From Enterobacter phage phiEap-3: a DNA stretch of 64,000 bases. Made by a program: the position numbers and the translations under genes. Shown here piece by piece: positions 62,557-64,000 of this stretch (the stretch's first letter is position 1; the number at the start of each line of letters is the position of its first letter). The notes beneath the pieces are model-generated. The model saw nothing but the letters and a program-made list of their open reading frames with translations, was not told the DNA's origin and searched no databases. The stretch is from the sequence record KT321315.1. One strand, given 5' to 3'.

Positions 62557-63423
62557 ATGATGTTTTACAACGTAGATGAATTTTTATCAGGTATGGCTAA
62601 TCGCGATTTTCAGCGTAGCAACCTGTTTAGCGTTGTATTTGCAACCAGCCCTGCATCACGTATCCTTGACAACACGATCGGTAGTATTCGAGATACTTTG
62701 ATTGATGGATCTATTAGTTCTATCAACGCGAACAACCCGAACGAATTCATTAATGCTATCACTGGCGGTGTGAGTAAATTGTTTAGTTACACCGTTGATA
62801 AAGCGATTATGTCGCTGAACAAAACAGGATTTAGCAAAATCATCGGGGCAATTAGTCCCCGTTTGATTACTTCCCTGTTTGGTGATAGCATGTATGGACA
62901 ACTGCTATCTGAATTCCGTGATGAAATGATGTATAATATGGGTTTAAGCATTATGGGAGTTAACCTCCCTGGTAAATCCATTGGGTACGAGTACGTTTAT
63001 AATGGTGGCGTACCTCAAATCAGATTCACTCGCCCTGAGAATGGGGAATTGTCGTTGACGTTCCGCACCGATTCAGAAGCCCGTAACCTGAAAATCTTTA
63101 ACGAATGGATTTCCGCTATTCGCGATGATGTAACAGGACAATACGCCTTCATTGATGAAGTGACAAGTACTATTCAGGTTAACTTACACGATCGTGATGG
63201 TTCACCGCATACAACATACGTATTTCAGAAGTGTTTGCCCGTCAAAATCAGTAACAGTGAATTGAGCTATGAGAACAACAACGAAATCTGGACGTTTACT
63301 GTTGATTTTGCCTATAAAACATCATGGGTTGTCGAGGCTGATAAAGAAGGCTGGGAAGGGTTCAAACAATCCGTAGAGGAAGGTTTAGCCATTGCAGCAC
63401 GTACCGCAATTACAGGACAATAA
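62557..63423 (+). CDS. 54: baseplate tail-tube initiator
   Basis: 288 aa; FQRSNLFSVVFATSP, DSEARNLKIFNEWISAIRDDVTG, IQVNLHDRDGSPHT align with T4 gp54. Confidence 0.88.
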   Translation: MMFYNVDEFLSGMANRDFQRSNLFSVVFATSPASRILDNTIGSIRDTLIDGSISSINANNPNEFINAITGGVSKLFSYTVDKAIMSLNKTGFSKIIGAISPRLITSLFGDSMYGQLLSEFRDEMMYNMGLSIMGVNLPGKSIGYEYVYNGGVPQIRFTRPENGELSLTFRTDSEARNLKIFNEWISAIRDDVTGQYAFIDEVTSTIQVNLHDRDGSPHTTYVFQKCLPVKISNSELSYENNNEIWTFTVDFAYKTSWVVEADKEGWEGFKQSVEEGLAIAARTAITGQ

Positions 63424-63424
63424 A

Positions 63425-63442
63425 GGGGCTACGGCCCCTTTT
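63425..63442 (+). terminator. rho-independent terminator after gene 54
   Basis: GGGGCTACGGCCCC followed by TTTT. Confidence 0.6.
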
Positions 63443-63451
63443 GAGGATCTT

Positions 63452-64000
63452 ATGTTTGATATTATTCGAGTAACATTACCATCAGGGATCAAACGATTCC
63501 CTATGTTTACAGTTAAAGACCAGTTTAAACTAATGCTGACCCGTATTGATATGGAAGGTCGGCCCCTTAAAGAGCAACAGGAAATACTGGATGAAGTGCT
63601 GGATCTGCTTTATCCTGGGTATTCCAAAACAGAACAGGAATACATTTTCAGCCGGGTGTATTGTGGTTCGTTCGGTAAAAACGTTATCAAGGTTGTGATA
63701 GGCGGTAAAGGCGGGGGCCACTCCGAAGCCTTCATGGTGATTAATGATATTCAACTAGAAAATGAATACAAGCTGAATGATGAAATCACATTAGGGTTTA
63801 ACTTCCCCCGTACACGCAATACAAGCGAAGAGTTGTTTCTTGAATGTATCAGTTATGTAATATACAACGAACAGCGCTATGAATGGACATCACTAACCGA
63901 AGAAACAAAAGAAAACATTCTTGATATCGTCGAACTTGATGATGTCGAAAAAATCGTTACTATGCTAACGAAATCGGTTGATGTGTCTATGCGCGGTAAA
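63452..64000 (+). CDS. hypothetical protein, 3'-truncated by the window end
   Basis: ATG at 63452 after the terminator; open to nt 64000 (183 codons). Confidence 0.5.
   Translation, partial: MFDIIRVTLPSGIKRFPMFTVKDQFKLMLTRIDMEGRPLKEQQEILDEVLDLLYPGYSKTEQEYIFSRVYCGSFGKNVIKVVIGGKGGGHSEAFMVINDIQLENEYKLNDEITLGFNFPRTRNTSEELFLECISYVIYNEQRYEWTSLTEETKENILDIVELDDVEKIVTMLTKSVDVSMRGK

Noticed and set aside
1-64000. CRISPR arrays, integrase or other mobile-element hallmarks, rRNA
   Set aside because: No direct-repeat/spacer arrays, no tyrosine or serine recombinase, and no transposase motifs were seen. The repeats present are short promoter/terminator cassettes, not CRISPR.

Overview
This window is the replication/recombination core plus nucleotide-metabolism and early baseplate regions of a T4-like (Tevenvirinae) myovirus. 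It begins exactly at the rIIA stop codon, the conventional T4 genome origin. About 50 genes are recognisable by similarity to T4 proteins I recall (listed in features). Positions 1-30684 are almost entirely minus-strand early/middle genes. At 30685-30988 there is an AT-rich strand-switch region carrying a dense GATC cluster. From 30989 on, the genes are plus-strand (55, 47, 46, frd-td-nrdA-nrdB-denA, rnlA, pseT, cd, 31, 30, then late baseplate genes 28/29/48/54 with 27 inverted). One clear tRNA-Met(CAU) and an adjacent aberrant tRNA-like element lie at 48303-48461. Gene order differs from T4. The 32-59-33-dsbA-rnh block sits directly upstream of gene 45. Gene 52 abuts a fused 39/60. No 42/beta-gt/imm lie between uvsX and 43. 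td and nrdB are intronless. Together with many small ORFs bounded by repeated promoter/stem-loop cassettes, this suggests a pseudo-T-even (RB49/RB43-like) phage with unmodified cytosine. Most worth a second look are: a 569-aa J-domain (HPD) protein with internal repeats encoded alongside a GroES-like gp31; a GrcA/YfiD-like glycyl-radical cofactor gene whose C-terminus looks nearly host-identical; a nine-site GATC cluster at the divergent intergenic region; a family of modular promoter-leader / 3'-boundary / GC-hairpin repeats; and a small, codon-optimised ORF behind a consensus sigma70 promoter. All functional calls come from my recall of T4 protein sequences and motifs read off the ORF translations; no database search was possible. 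Hand-derived coordinates may be off by 1-2 nt. Where I list a start that differs from the ORF-track start, I chose it because the first annotated Met sits inside a terminator hairpin or upstream of a clear Shine-Dalgarno/ATG.
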